This document shows positions 55,254 to 64,000 of a stretch of DNA of 64,000 bases, one piece after another (position 1 is the first letter of the stretch; every line of letters begins with the position of its first letter). The DNA comes from Nitrospirota bacterium (GTDB lineage: Bacteria; Nitrospirota; Thermodesulfovibrionia; Thermodesulfovibrionales; JdFR-88). Made by a program: the position numbers and the translations under genes. The stretch covers positions 26,390 through 90,389 of the forward strand of contig JAKAKS010000009.1 of NCBI GenBank assembly GCA_021813405.1, read 5' to 3'. The notes beneath the pieces are model-generated. The model was given only the letters and a program-made list of their open reading frames with translations. It made no database searches and was not told the DNA's origin.

Positions 55254-55838
55254 TTACAAGGTCTGTTTTAGTATGAAATCCACGCGCATTTCAAGCCCCA
55301 GGGTAGCGCGCGGGATTTGCAGGTATGGTATTTCCAGGCGCTCGTCAGCGCATAATCCAAGCAGCAGTGAATTAAGGTGCTCCAGGTAAGCGGAGTTGAG
55401 CGCGGCCTTGCCCTCCGCTTTCACAAGAGGGATGCCCGGCTGTATCACTACGATGAGTTTAAAAAACCTGTTTGCCGCCTTGAAGCACTTCTGAATATAT
55501 CCGGAGAAGCCCTGTTCATCAATCCGGGTTGTCCCCTGAATGTCCGCCATTGTGTATGCGATCATGTCCAGAGGGGTCCTGTCGGTGATAAATCCGCCGG
55601 TGCCCGCCTTAATCCATTGCTCAATGGCTGCATCCAGCACAAGATTCTGGATTGAGAGCCTTGTTTCGATATCCATTGGCGCGGCCGGATCCAGGCCAGC
55701 CCTTTTAAAAACGCCGGATGTATTCGTTTTTATGAAAGGCAAGCCGGTTTTTTCTGCAAGCAATCCGGCAAGTGTTGTCTTGCCGCTCCTATGACTTCCG
55801 CAAAGCCCGATGGCTTTCAGGGCATTATTGCTGTCCAA
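55254..55838 (-). CDS. P-loop NTPase / small kinase-like protein
   Basis: The 194-aa ORF has the Walker A motif GSHRSGKTT and a DRTPLD block. It overlaps the upstream MetE-like gene by 14 nt. Confidence 0.55.
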   Translation of the reverse strand: MDSNNALKAIGLCGSHRSGKTTLAGLLAEKTGLPFIKTNTSGVFKRAGLDPAAPMDIETRLSIQNLVLDAAIEQWIKAGTGGFITDRTPLDMIAYTMADIQGTTRIDEQGFSGYIQKCFKAANRFFKLIVVIQPGIPLVKAEGKAALNSAYLEHLNSLLLGLCADERLEIPYLQIPRATLGLEMRVDFILKQTL

Positions 55839-56868
55839 TAAATCTCCGCAGGCTGGACAGAAGCTCGAAAACCTTTTCCGCTTCAGCTTTGGACAGAGAG
55901 CCTGTGCCGCATGCCGGGGTCAGCAATATTCGTGCTTTTATCAGATCTTCCGGCAGGAAGCGGGCCAATCCCTCAATCCTCCGGGCAAAGACGTCCTTGA
56001 TGGATTGGGCGTTCTCGCTGTTTATAGCCTCGGTTGTCGGCACAATCCCAAGCGCCAGGTAACCTCCTTTTTCAAGGAATTCCTTAGTTTCGGCAGGATA
56101 CATCGCAATTGTCTCGCCATAATCGTAGGCATCGAAATTAAGTATGTCCGCCCCGGATTCCATCAGGAAAGGCCATTCCGCCCGTCCGCAGCAGTGAATT
56201 CCGGCCAGCCCTCCGCATTCCTTTATGGCCTGCACTGTTTCGCTTAGCAGCCTGAGCGCTTCAGCGCGGTCCACGGCTATATAGGTTGTGGATCCGAGAG
56301 CGGAGGCAAGAGGCTCGTCAATGAATATAATTACAGATCGGCCAGCCCCGGACTCTTCAGGCGAGACAAGCGCCCCCAACTGGTCCACCTGCCATCTGGC
56401 CTTTGCCTTAAGGCCCATCAGGTAAACCTCCCTCATTTCCTCATCGTAATACACAGGCTTGCCGTTTGCATCGTTAAGCCCAAGTGTAAACGTGAGCGGC
56501 CCGGTTATGTGGCCCTTCAATAAACTGAATTTCCTTTTTTTATCATTCCTTGCAATACGAAGGAAAGCGTGCAGCCCTTCCGCAAAATTTTCCGATATGG
56601 CAATCCGGGTGTTTTCATTGTAGGACTCATAAAACCTTTCGAGTTCGTCGCCGCCAGTTCTGCTTACCCATATGCTTTTTTTCTCCTCATTGATCCTGAT
56701 AAACGGGAGCCCTTCGGTGTATTGAGGGATCATCTGCTCGCGAAATGACAGCCTGGGCAGCTGCGGCCAGAAAGGTATGTCGAAGCTGGATAGCACACGC
56801 TCCACGGCGGCTTGCGGGTCTGTGTGCGGAAGGCTTCCTATTCCTGTAGTGGAGAATGGTTTTAGCAT
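55825..56868 (-). CDS. MetE-C-terminal-like (cobalamin-independent methionine synthase / URO-D_CIMS superfamily) protein
   Basis: The 347-aa ORF has TTGIGSLPHTDP at the N-terminus and putative Zn ligands in IHCCG and LLTPACGTG, as in short core-MetE-type enzymes. Confidence 0.6.
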   Translation of the reverse strand: MLKPFSTTGIGSLPHTDPQAAVERVLSSFDIPFWPQLPRLSFREQMIPQYTEGLPFIRINEEKKSIWVSRTGGDELERFYESYNENTRIAISENFAEGLHAFLRIARNDKKRKFSLLKGHITGPLTFTLGLNDANGKPVYYDEEMREVYLMGLKAKARWQVDQLGALVSPEESGAGRSVIIFIDEPLASALGSTTYIAVDRAEALRLLSETVQAIKECGGLAGIHCCGRAEWPFLMESGADILNFDAYDYGETIAMYPAETKEFLEKGGYLALGIVPTTEAINSENAQSIKDVFARRIEGLARFLPEDLIKARILLTPACGTGSLSKAEAEKVFELLSSLRRFIGQQ

Positions 56869-56906
56869 ATTAAAATTTTAAACTTATTGGGGCAAGTGTT
56901 TCAATC

Positions 56907-58160
56907 TCATTGCAGCAGGGATGCAATCAGGGCGGCAGGCACGGCAAGCGACAACCCGGTTATTATCCATCCGCTTATATTGGAAATGCGTGAATTCGTA
57001 TATTGCCCCATTATTTTTTTATTGTTGGCAATAAGCATGATAAAAACCATAAGAAATGGCGAGATGAATCCGTTAAGCACGGCCGCGAAGTAAAGCATCC
57101 GGAAGGGCTTTATGTGGGTAAGGTTAATTAATAAGCCCAGGGCCATTGCAGTGGCGATTACTCCGTAAAAGCCCCACGCCTGGGGAAGCTTTTTGCTTAA
57201 GCCGGCCCGCCAGCCGAAAGCCTCGGAAAGGGCATATGCAACCGATCCGGCCATCACGGGTATCACAAGCAGCCCGGCACCGATTATGCCCGCCGCAAAT
57301 ACCAATGAGGCGAATTCCCCCGCAAGCGGGGCAAGCGCGTGCGCGGCCTGGTCTGCGGTCTCGATCGTGCGCACCCCGTGCCTGCCGATTGTTGATGCGG
57401 TGGTAATGATAATAAAGAACATGATAAAACCCGAATAGACCAGGCCTGCCGCGGTAGTAAGCTTCATGCCTTTAATATACCTGCCGGTTTCCGGCGCGCC
57501 ATTGCCGCGCATATTTTGTGCTGTCTCTTCCTCGGCCTCATGGCTTGGCTGCCATGCGTACATATAAGGAGACGCCCTTGCGCCGATTATAGCCGCAATG
57601 TTAAAAAGAAATTCCCTGTTAAAAGACATGTGGGGGATAACTGTGCAGCGGACTGCGCGGGCCCAATCCTGTTTTATAACAAGGGCGGTAAAGAAATATG
57701 CCAGCAGAGAGAACGCGAGATACATCAGAAATCTGGAATACGTCCTGTAAGTGAGAAAAATCTCAAGTGCAAGAATCAAGACGCCGGTAATTATCAGCAG
57801 TATCCAAAGCGGAATATTGATTAGCAGCCGCGCTGATGCGGCGATGGCGCCAAGGTCCGCTCCTATAAAAGCCGTATTTGCCAGCGCAAGCAAAAATAGG
57901 CAGCAATACAGCAGGAATCGCGAATAGTGTTCTTTCATTGTGCCGGCCAACCCCCTTCCGGTGATCACGCCTATCCTGCCGGCCATTTCCTGTATTGCAA
58001 TCAAAAGCGGAATGGAGAAGAGCGCCGTCCAGAGCTGGCCATAACCGAACTGCGCCCCTGACTGCGAAAACGCCGCGATGGCCGAGGGGTCGTCATCGGC
58101 CGCTCCGGTAATAAAACCTGGCCGTCCTAAAAAATTTATTATCGATTTGATTTTATTCAT
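56907..58160 (-). CDS. NRAMP-family divalent metal transporter
   Basis: The 417-aa ORF has about 11 TM segments. GAADDDPSAIAAFSQSGAQFGYGQLW matches the Nramp N-terminal signature. Confidence 0.8.
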   Translation of the reverse strand: MNKIKSIINFLGRPGFITGAADDDPSAIAAFSQSGAQFGYGQLWTALFSIPLLIAIQEMAGRIGVITGRGLAGTMKEHYSRFLLYCCLFLLALANTAFIGADLGAIAASARLLINIPLWILLIITGVLILALEIFLTYRTYSRFLMYLAFSLLAYFFTALVIKQDWARAVRCTVIPHMSFNREFLFNIAAIIGARASPYMYAWQPSHEAEEETAQNMRGNGAPETGRYIKGMKLTTAAGLVYSGFIMFFIIITTASTIGRHGVRTIETADQAAHALAPLAGEFASLVFAAGIIGAGLLVIPVMAGSVAYALSEAFGWRAGLSKKLPQAWGFYGVIATAMALGLLINLTHIKPFRMLYFAAVLNGFISPFLMVFIMLIANNKKIMGQYTNSRISNISGWIITGLSLAVPAALIASLLQ

Positions 58161-58294
58161 GGTTCATTTTAATGATGCAGAGAAGAGATTCTTAATAAGC
58201 TAATTATATATGATTGGTTTAAAGCCGCATTAATGATTTGACGCGTGGCGAAGTGCTTTCTATAATTTGATTAAAATCCGGTATTTAACAATAC

Positions 58295-59635
58295 ATGAGC
58301 AATCTCCTTTACGCTCGCGTCCTGATGGGCGTGAGCCTGGAATTCCATATCATTTACGTGGCATTCGGTATAGGGCTACCTTTTTTGCTTATGATTACCG
58401 AAGGGTTTGCCCTTGTCACCGGAGAGGAGCGTTATCATGTTTTGGCCCGGAGCTGGACTCGTCCCGTTGTGCTGCTTTTTGCAATCGGCGCTGTTTCGGG
58501 GACTGTCCTTTCCTTTGAGCTAGGGCTTTTGTGGCCCGTATTTATGGGTTTCAGCGGCCCCATGATAGGACTTGCCTTCTGGATGGAGGGGTTTGCTTTT
58601 TTCATTGAGGCTATATTTGCGGCGCTTTACGTATACGGACGCAACAAGCTCTCCCGGCGCGCGCTTTTCCTTTGCACAATCCCGATGGCCCTAGGGGCGG
58701 CTGCCTCGGCCGTCTTCGTAATAAGCGCAAACGGCTGGATGAACTCCCCTTCCGGTTTCAATCTGGCTAAAGGCGGCCCAGTTAATATCAGGCCATGGCT
58801 TGCGTTTACAAACTCAGCATGGCCGCATGAGGCCATGCACGCCACCCTGGCTGCTTACACGGCATGCTTTTTTACGGTATCCGGCGTATACGCATTGCGG
58901 CTTATCAGGAAAAATTACACACCCCAGAACAGGCTGGGCTTGTCACTTTCACTGGCGCTTGGATGCATTCTGGCGCTATTAATGCTTTTTACCGGAGATT
59001 ACGCCGCCCGCTGGGTGGCCTATAACCAGAAAACGAAGCTTGCGGCCCTGGAGGCAGTTCCCCATACAATTGCCGGAGCGCCGCTTACGATAGGGGGATG
59101 GCTTGATAAAAAAACATATACCGTTCGTTACGGCATTCCCATACCAAAACTGTTAAGTCTGCTTTCGTATGGTAACCCGAACGCCACGGTTTTGGGATTG
59201 GACGCCTTCAAACCTGGGTTAACACCAAATGCCAACTTGGTGCATCCCGTTTTCGACCTGATGGTAGCGGGATTTTTTATAATGTTTTTGGCCGCACTCT
59301 GGTTCTGGATAGCCAGGTGGCGGGGGAAAGAGGTGTTTTTCAGGCGTTTATATCTGGTGCCGGTCCTCATAGCCTCGCCATTTGGCATATTGTCCCAGGG
59401 GGCAGGCTGGGCAGTTACGGAGTTTGGCCGCCAGCCATGGATAGCAAGCCGTGTAATGCTTGTGGCAAAAGGGGTCACGCCAGCGCCCGCCGGATGGATG
59501 CTTGCCGCCTTTGCATTTGTATACTTTGCGCTTACGGCCGGACTTATAAGACTGCTGTTTGCCTCCGGGGCCAAAAAAGCAGGGATTAAATCCGGCCTGC
59601 GCAATCAAGGGGATTTTCATGGTGAATCTACTTGA
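58295..59635 (+). CDS. cydA: cytochrome bd-type quinol oxidase subunit I
   Basis: The 446-aa ORF has ARVLMGVSLEFHIIYVAFGIGLP (the heme b558 His region) and GWAVTEFGRQPW (the conserved GRQPW motif). It is the short Q-loop type. Confidence 0.9.
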   Translation: MSNLLYARVLMGVSLEFHIIYVAFGIGLPFLLMITEGFALVTGEERYHVLARSWTRPVVLLFAIGAVSGTVLSFELGLLWPVFMGFSGPMIGLAFWMEGFAFFIEAIFAALYVYGRNKLSRRALFLCTIPMALGAAASAVFVISANGWMNSPSGFNLAKGGPVNIRPWLAFTNSAWPHEAMHATLAAYTACFFTVSGVYALRLIRKNYTPQNRLGLSLSLALGCILALLMLFTGDYAARWVAYNQKTKLAALEAVPHTIAGAPLTIGGWLDKKTYTVRYGIPIPKLLSLLSYGNPNATVLGLDAFKPGLTPNANLVHPVFDLMVAGFFIMFLAALWFWIARWRGKEVFFRRLYLVPVLIASPFGILSQGAGWAVTEFGRQPWIASRVMLVAKGVTPAPAGWMLAAFAFVYFALTAGLIRLLFASGAKKAGIKSGLRNQGDFHGEST

Positions 59636-60635
59636 ATACGCCGGGGTTTTCCTTGTTTTGGCGGGTCTTGTCATGTATGCCGTTTCCGGCGGAGCTGATT
59701 TCGGTGGCGGGGTGTGGACTGCGCTTACAAGCGGCCCACGGGCGGAGGAACAGCGGAAAAGCCTTTACCGCGCTATCGGGCCGGTATGGGAGACAAATCA
59801 CATTTGGCTGATTCTCCTTATAGTTGTCCTTTTTACGTGTTTTTCCGCGGCGTTCAAAATTATTTCCATCGCCCTTGTAGTTCCGCTTGCCATTGCGCTG
59901 ATCGGGATTAATTTCAGGGGGGCGGCATTCGTTTTCAGGCATTTCGGGAAATCTAAAGGGACTGAATTGCCCGCCACTGGAATTGTCTTTTCCATTTCAA
60001 GCGTGCTTGCTCCGTTTTTCCTTGGTATGGCAGTTTCAGCGATTTCCGCAGGCGCTATTAAACTGGTAAACGGGCAAATTGAAAGCGGGCTATGGTCTGC
60101 CTGGGCTTCCACACCGGTGTTGCCTTTCACTTTAACGGGAGGACTTGTAGGGCTTGCCATTTGCGCCTATATTACCCCGGTTTACATGACGGCGCGCACA
60201 ACCGGGGAGCTTTGTGAAGACTTCCGCAAACGGGCTATTGCCGGGGCGTTTGCGCTTGGGGGGCTTACCGCGCTGGAGATAATAATTTCCGGATTTTTTG
60301 CCCCTCTTTTTTTCAAACGTTTTTTGCATCCATTACCGCTTGTGCTAGCCGGGCTGGCGGTAGTCTGCGGCGTAATTACTCTGGTCCTGTTATTTAAGAG
60401 GTCGTTTCAATCCGCCCAATGGGTTGCGCGGACAACAATTGGTTTTACAATCACAGGGTTTATGGCGGCGGTTTACCCTTACATATTGATCGGACAGATG
60501 ACATTTGCCCAGGCCATGTCAAATCCGGAAACATTTAAGGCGGTCTTGATTACGCTGCCAATAGGGGCGGCCCTGCTTGTGCCTTCGCTGATTTTTTTGT
60601 ACAAGACATTCGGAGAGGACATCGGCGGGGAATAG
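59619..60635 (+). CDS. cydB: cytochrome bd-type quinol oxidase subunit II
   Basis: The tracked ORF starts at 59559. I use the ATG at 59619 (MVNLLEYAGVFLVLAGLVMYAVSGGADFGGGVW), which overlaps cydA by 17 nt. The WETNHIWL block is present. Confidence 0.85.
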   Translation: MVNLLEYAGVFLVLAGLVMYAVSGGADFGGGVWTALTSGPRAEEQRKSLYRAIGPVWETNHIWLILLIVVLFTCFSAAFKIISIALVVPLAIALIGINFRGAAFVFRHFGKSKGTELPATGIVFSISSVLAPFFLGMAVSAISAGAIKLVNGQIESGLWSAWASTPVLPFTLTGGLVGLAICAYITPVYMTARTTGELCEDFRKRAIAGAFALGGLTALEIIISGFFAPLFFKRFLHPLPLVLAGLAVVCGVITLVLLFKRSFQSAQWVARTTIGFTITGFMAAVYPYILIGQMTFAQAMSNPETFKAVLITLPIGAALLVPSLIFLYKTFGEDIGGE

Positions 60636-60669
60636 GGCCTGCGGCGAATGACACATGCGGCAAAATTAA

Positions 60670-60694
60670 AAGGCCCCCGTTTGCGGAGGCCTTT
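60670..60694. terminator. shared (bidirectional) terminator hairpin between cydB and the cold-shock gene
   Basis: AAGGCCCCCG-tttg-CGGAGGCCTT forms a stem of about 9 bp with one mismatch. On the minus strand it is followed by TTTTAATTTT. The T-run on the plus strand is weaker. Confidence 0.55.
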
Positions 60695-60722
60695 CTGGGT
60701 TAAGGTGTCGAGATGTATTTTT

Positions 60723-60929
60723 TTAGGAAATATTCCTAACTACATTGACCGCCCTGGGGCCTTTGGGTCCCTGCTCCACATCGAAGTCCACCCGCTCGCC
60801 CTCCGCAAGGGTCTTAAACCCGTCTCCCTTGATGGCCGAAAAGTGAACAAATACCTCCTTGCCATCATCCGTGGTTATGAAGCCAAAGCCTTTGGCCTCA
60901 TTGAACCATTTAACTGAACCGCTGGACAT
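60723..60929 (-). CDS. cold-shock protein (CspA family)
   Basis: The 68-aa ORF has [15 protein letters not shown] (RNP1) and VFVHFSAI (RNP2). Confidence 0.95.
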   Translation of the reverse strand: MSSGSVKWFNEAKGFGFITTDDGKEVFVHFSAIKGDGFKTLAEGERVDFDVEQGPKGPRAVNVVRNIS

Positions 60930-61325
60930 CTGTACGTCCTCCTGCTGAGAAATAAAAAATTTCGGAGACCAAATCTCCGATGCGATAATATGGCATACCT
61001 TTGTACCTTTGTCAATCCTTTGTACCTTTTTACAGCCTTAAATTGCGGCAGGCAAGGCGGCTGGCTTTTATGCTCTTTTTTTGCGTGTTCGGTCCGGAAG
61101 TAAAAAATCCCGGTTTTTAAAGAGTTTTTATGCTTTTTTTGTTCCTTTGCCTCTGTCTTTTGACTCCGCTTTTTTACGCCCATAAGGATTGTGTTCTGCA
61201 ACACAAAAAAATTGCATGCGTAAAAGCCCAGACTGTCTTTTCAAGGAGCGGGGTGCATCTGGCCAAGCGCTTGGGCTGCCACATCGTGGGTTGGAGTGAG
61301 GCCGCACTCAAACTTTAACCCGTGC

Positions 61326-61377
61326 GGCATGACATTGTCCATGTGACATATGTCATAAAGTTCATGTCAGGTTTTTG
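61326..61377 (-). repeat. ATGACAT-rich palindromic repeat, copy P3 (inverted relative to P1)
   Basis: Its reverse complement, caaaaacctgacatgaactttatgacatatgtcacatggacaatgtcatg, matches P1 at roughly 45 of 52 positions by eye. Confidence 0.7.
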
Positions 61378-61544
61378 AAAAATTGCCCGCATGACCTTTA
61401 AACCCCTGGAAGGGCGCTGCTTTGGGACATAAAGCTTTAACTGGCCGAAGGCGGCGAAACCCGTCAGACTCCAGCCCGGCTTAAAAATATCGCGGGGAAA
61501 TGTGAACTGGAGATGCCGGGTTTCGCTGGGCCCAGATACATGCT

Positions 61545-61865
61545 TTACTTGTTCCAGGTATTCATTATATATTTTGCTATCGCATTGGCCTCGGCGTCAG
61601 ACAGCTTGTCTTCACTGAAGGCGGGCATCCCCGGGCCGGGGTGTCTGATAAGTTTAACGACATCTGCTTCCGACTTCACTGCGTTCGTCTCCATGTCCTT
61701 TTTGTGGAGTGAGTATCCCGGTTTCATCACATTGCCTCCGTTTGAATGGCACATGGCGCAGTTCTTTTGAAACAGTGCCTTTCCGGAAGGCCCTTTGGCA
61801 AGGGCTGCGGATGAAAATGCGATTGCGGCAAACAAGGCTAATGCAAGAGACAAGGCAGTCTTCAT
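61545..61865 (-). CDS. small periplasmic class I c-type cytochrome
   Basis: The 106-aa ORF has the signal peptide MKTALSLALALFAAIAFSSAALA, the heme motif CAMCH and the distal Met in PGPGMPAF. Confidence 0.9.
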   Translation of the reverse strand: MKTALSLALALFAAIAFSSAALAKGPSGKALFQKNCAMCHSNGGNVMKPGYSLHKKDMETNAVKSEADVVKLIRHPGPGMPAFSEDKLSDAEANAIAKYIMNTWNK

Positions 61866-61909
61866 CTTGATTTCTCCTTTTACTGGTTTTTTACGAGAAA
61901 AAATCGCAA

Positions 61910-61963
61910 AACCTGTCTCAAATCGCTCTCTATCGCTTCAGAATCAATTTTGAGACAGGTTCC
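61910..61963 (+). repeat. TIR hairpin element, minimal copy C (54 bp)
   Basis: AACCTGTCTCAAA-tcgctctctatcgcttcagaatca-ATTTTGAGACAGGTT has perfect 13-bp inverted ends. Its interior equals the right-hand end of copies A and B. Confidence 0.75.
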
Positions 61964-62002
61964 AGGAAAATGCCGGTTTTTTGCTGGGCCCAACCCTCCG
62001 GC

Positions 62003-62323
62003 TTACTTGTTATAGGTTTCCATTATGTACTTTGCTATCGCTTTGGCCTGCGCGTACGATATTTTTTTCTTGCTGAACGCGGGCATCCCGGGGCCGGGAT
62101 GTCTCATGCGCTTGATTACGTCGCTTTCCGTTTTTACGCCGTGCCTCTGCAGGTCTTTTTTATGGAGCGTATATGCGGGATTGTCCATATTGCCCCCATT
62201 GGCGTGGCAGCTTGCGCAATGCTTTTGAAACAGCGCCTTTCCGGAAGGCCCTTTGGCAAACGCCGAAGGCGAAATCATGATTGCAGCCATTAAAGCCAAT
62301 GCAACAGTGAAAGCAGTTTTCAT
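62003..62323 (-). CDS. small periplasmic class I c-type cytochrome (tandem paralogue)
   Basis: The 106-aa ORF has the heme motif CASCH and PGPGMPAF. It is identical to the neighbouring cytochrome at 71 of 106 positions in an ungapped alignment that I counted by hand. Confidence 0.9.
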   Translation of the reverse strand: MKTAFTVALALMAAIMISPSAFAKGPSGKALFQKHCASCHANGGNMDNPAYTLHKKDLQRHGVKTESDVIKRMRHPGPGMPAFSKKKISYAQAKAIAKYIMETYNK

Positions 62324-62356
62324 CCGGTTTTCTCCTTTTAATTAATACCTGTTCGA

Positions 62357-62365
62357 ATTATATCA
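62357..62365 (-). promoter_or_regulatory. putative extended -10 promoter element upstream of the cytochrome c pair
   Basis: The minus strand reads TGATATAAT (TGnTATAAT) about 35 nt upstream of the ATG at 62323. No good -35 element is present. Confidence 0.3.
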
Positions 62366-62531
62366 AAAAGATTTGGCAGTTCCAGTGGTAAAATGGCAGC
62401 GGCAACAAAATCCGGATAATCGCCACTGCAAACACACCAAGGCAGGCCACTTCATCCGCGGCAGCGTTTACCATGGAAATCTGCGCCGCGGCTCCCGGGG
62501 CTTCGGGCAGCGTTATCAAATAAGGCGGAGT

Positions 62532-64000
62532 TTATTCATGTTTTTCTTTTATCTCAAACCGGTGGAGGGCAAAGGAAATCCCCGGGCGGCCGAACTTGGA
62601 ATTGTCCTGCTCCCAGTCTAAAGGATAATCCGGCACACTCCGGCTTATGGCGAAAGCGGGCCATATCCCCTTAAACGGCATTGCCGGCCTGGCCGTTTCA
62701 GCAGGCTTGAAGTAAATCCTGTTCAGTCCTTGCCCGGGCATGCTGGCGGGTATGTCTATCTCATAAGTGTTCCAGCCGTCTTTGAGATGCAGGCTGCCGA
62801 TCTTTTTGCCATTCACTCCCACCTCAACGCGCGTATCTTTTATTCCGGTAGCGGGGCTTAGGTCAATATCCATCTCATAGCCGGTTGCCCGTCTGAGATT
62901 GGCAAGGAGCACGGATTTTTTTGCGGCACACATGGCGTAGCCGTAACCGCCCTCTGAAAGCCCGTTTACCCAGCCTTTATAGAGATATAAAACGGAGGCG
63001 TTAGTGGCGGCATACACAGTGACATCCTTCTGTTTTGCCATTTGCGTCTTGTACACGGCAAGCACTCCGTCGTCGTAAATCTTGCTCATGGGCAGCACAT
63101 TGTTTAAATACCTCTCCATGGCGTCCACATCCATCGCCGCCCGCGTCTGGGCAAACGGCATCCGGTGCACAACAACATAACCCACCCCGAAAAGGTTTAT
63201 GAAGCTGGGCGCAACCTGGCGGTCTGTTTGCATTGCCAGCCTCAGTGCCTGCCCGTTGGACTCCAGATATTCGATTTCAAGAAGGCTCCGGTATATTGGC
63301 AGGTTGAAATATGAATAGATGGTTGCATCCGGCACGCGGGAGAGGTATCCATTAAAGAGTTTTTTCCCGTGGAACGTCTGGTAATAAAGCACATAGTCTG
63401 CCGGGTAGCCGGAGTGGGCGATCCCGTACTGAAGGAAAACGGGTATCTCCAGGATGGACTGCGCCTGCTTGTCTGCCGCCATCGTATTGTAAACCGGGGG
63501 TATGGTGCAGTTGTAAAGAGGATATGGCGCAGTTGTGTACTCGACCAGTATTACCGGGATGACCAGCGCAAAAAGAAATTTCTTTTTTGCAAACGCCCGT
63601 TGCATGCCAATGGATGCCGGCATCGCAACAGCCAGCACAGCATAGATGCTGAAACGGTCCGGGGCCCTCAGGCCGGAAAGGAAGCCGCTAAGCTCAAACA
63701 GCTTGAAAGGCAGCGGCACGGGTATCTGCTTCCCAAAGAAGTGCGGATATGGCCCCATCGCCAGTATCATGAAGGCTGCGGCTGAAATGCCCCAGAGCAT
63801 TAGTTCCAGTTTTTCGCGACGCAGAGGGCCGTCCGCAATCTTGCCCCTGCTTTTCCGGTGTTGCAAAAATGCGTAAACTGAAAAAACTATGGCGGCGGCC
63901 CCCAGATAGCAATAGTTCCACTCGCCCGTGAAGTATTTTGATAATGACAGCCTTCCAAGAAACGGGTTGGCCGGATGGGGCGAAATGAACCCCGCGATAT
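62532..64000 (-). CDS. large integral membrane protein with a C-terminal extracytoplasmic domain; the N-terminus lies beyond the window end
   Basis: The tracked ORF (62532-63866) starts at a TTG. The same frame stays open to position 64000 in my own translation (...IAGFISPHPANPFLGRLSLSKYFTGEWNYCYLGAAAIVFSVYAFLQHRK...). It has several TM helices and then a soluble domain of about 300 aa. The family is uncertain and may be GT-C/YfhO-like. Confidence 0.6.
   Translation of the reverse strand, partial: IAGFISPHPANPFLGRLSLSKYFTGEWNYCYLGAAAIVFSVYAFLQHRKSRGKIADGPLRREKLELMLWGISAAAFMILAMGPYPHFFGKQIPVPLPFKLFELSGFLSGLRAPDRFSIYAVLAVAMPASIGMQRAFAKKKFLFALVIPVILVEYTTAPYPLYNCTIPPVYNTMAADKQAQSILEIPVFLQYGIAHSGYPADYVLYYQTFHGKKLFNGYLSRVPDATIYSYFNLPIYRSLLEIEYLESNGQALRLAMQTDRQVAPSFINLFGVGYVVVHRMPFAQTRAAMDVDAMERYLNNVLPMSKIYDDGVLAVYKTQMAKQKDVTVYAATNASVLYLYKGWVNGLSEGGYGYAMCAAKKSVLLANLRRATGYEMDIDLSPATGIKDTRVEVGVNGKKIGSLHLKDGWNTYEIDIPASMPGQGLNRIYFKPAETARPAMPFKGIWPAFAISRSVPDYPLDWEQDNSKFGRPGISFALHRFEIKEKHE

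Overview
This is a 64-kb chromosomal segment from a diderm bacterium rich in c-type cytochromes. It has one tRNA-Leu, no rRNA, no CRISPR array and no intact mobile element. I support about 57 protein genes, mostly in tightly packed or overlapping operons. Housekeeping genes include birA (partial), a DEAD-box helicase, argG, dprA-topA, hemA-hemC, metK-ahcY, a LeuC-type dehydratase, bfr, cydAB, a cold-shock protein and htpX. There are three separate system-II cytochrome c biogenesis loci (ResB/CcsA type), several two-component systems and one sigma-54 regulator. Five things stand out. (1) A 1474-aa ORF (35070-39494) ends in the ATP-grasp and phosphohistidine swivel domains of pyruvate phosphate dikinase. 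It lacks the PEP/pyruvate barrel and instead has about 975 aa of unrecognisable N-terminal sequence. (2) A translationally coupled operon (10243-13516) encodes an SDR reductase, a serine-palmitoyltransferase-like alpha-oxoamine synthase and a GNAT-like acyltransferase, which fits the three-enzyme logic of bacterial ceramide synthesis. A separate GH1 / PHP / GT21 (ceramide-glucosyltransferase-like) cluster lies at 43910-47106. (3) A roughly 10-kb, visibly more AT-rich segment runs from tRNA-Leu to a decayed IS66-type transposase and begins with an IS630-type fragment. (4) A resB-ccsA operon is fused to a histidine kinase with a CXXCH motif, a sigma-54 activator and a CheY-like protein. (5) At least four families of intergenic repeats were found by eye: a TIR hairpin MITE-like family, an ATGACAT palindrome family, a pair carrying 31-codon ORFs, and a TTGAAC-rich pair. 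All functional calls rest on motif and family recognition by eye from the translations. No database search, HMM or folding could be run.
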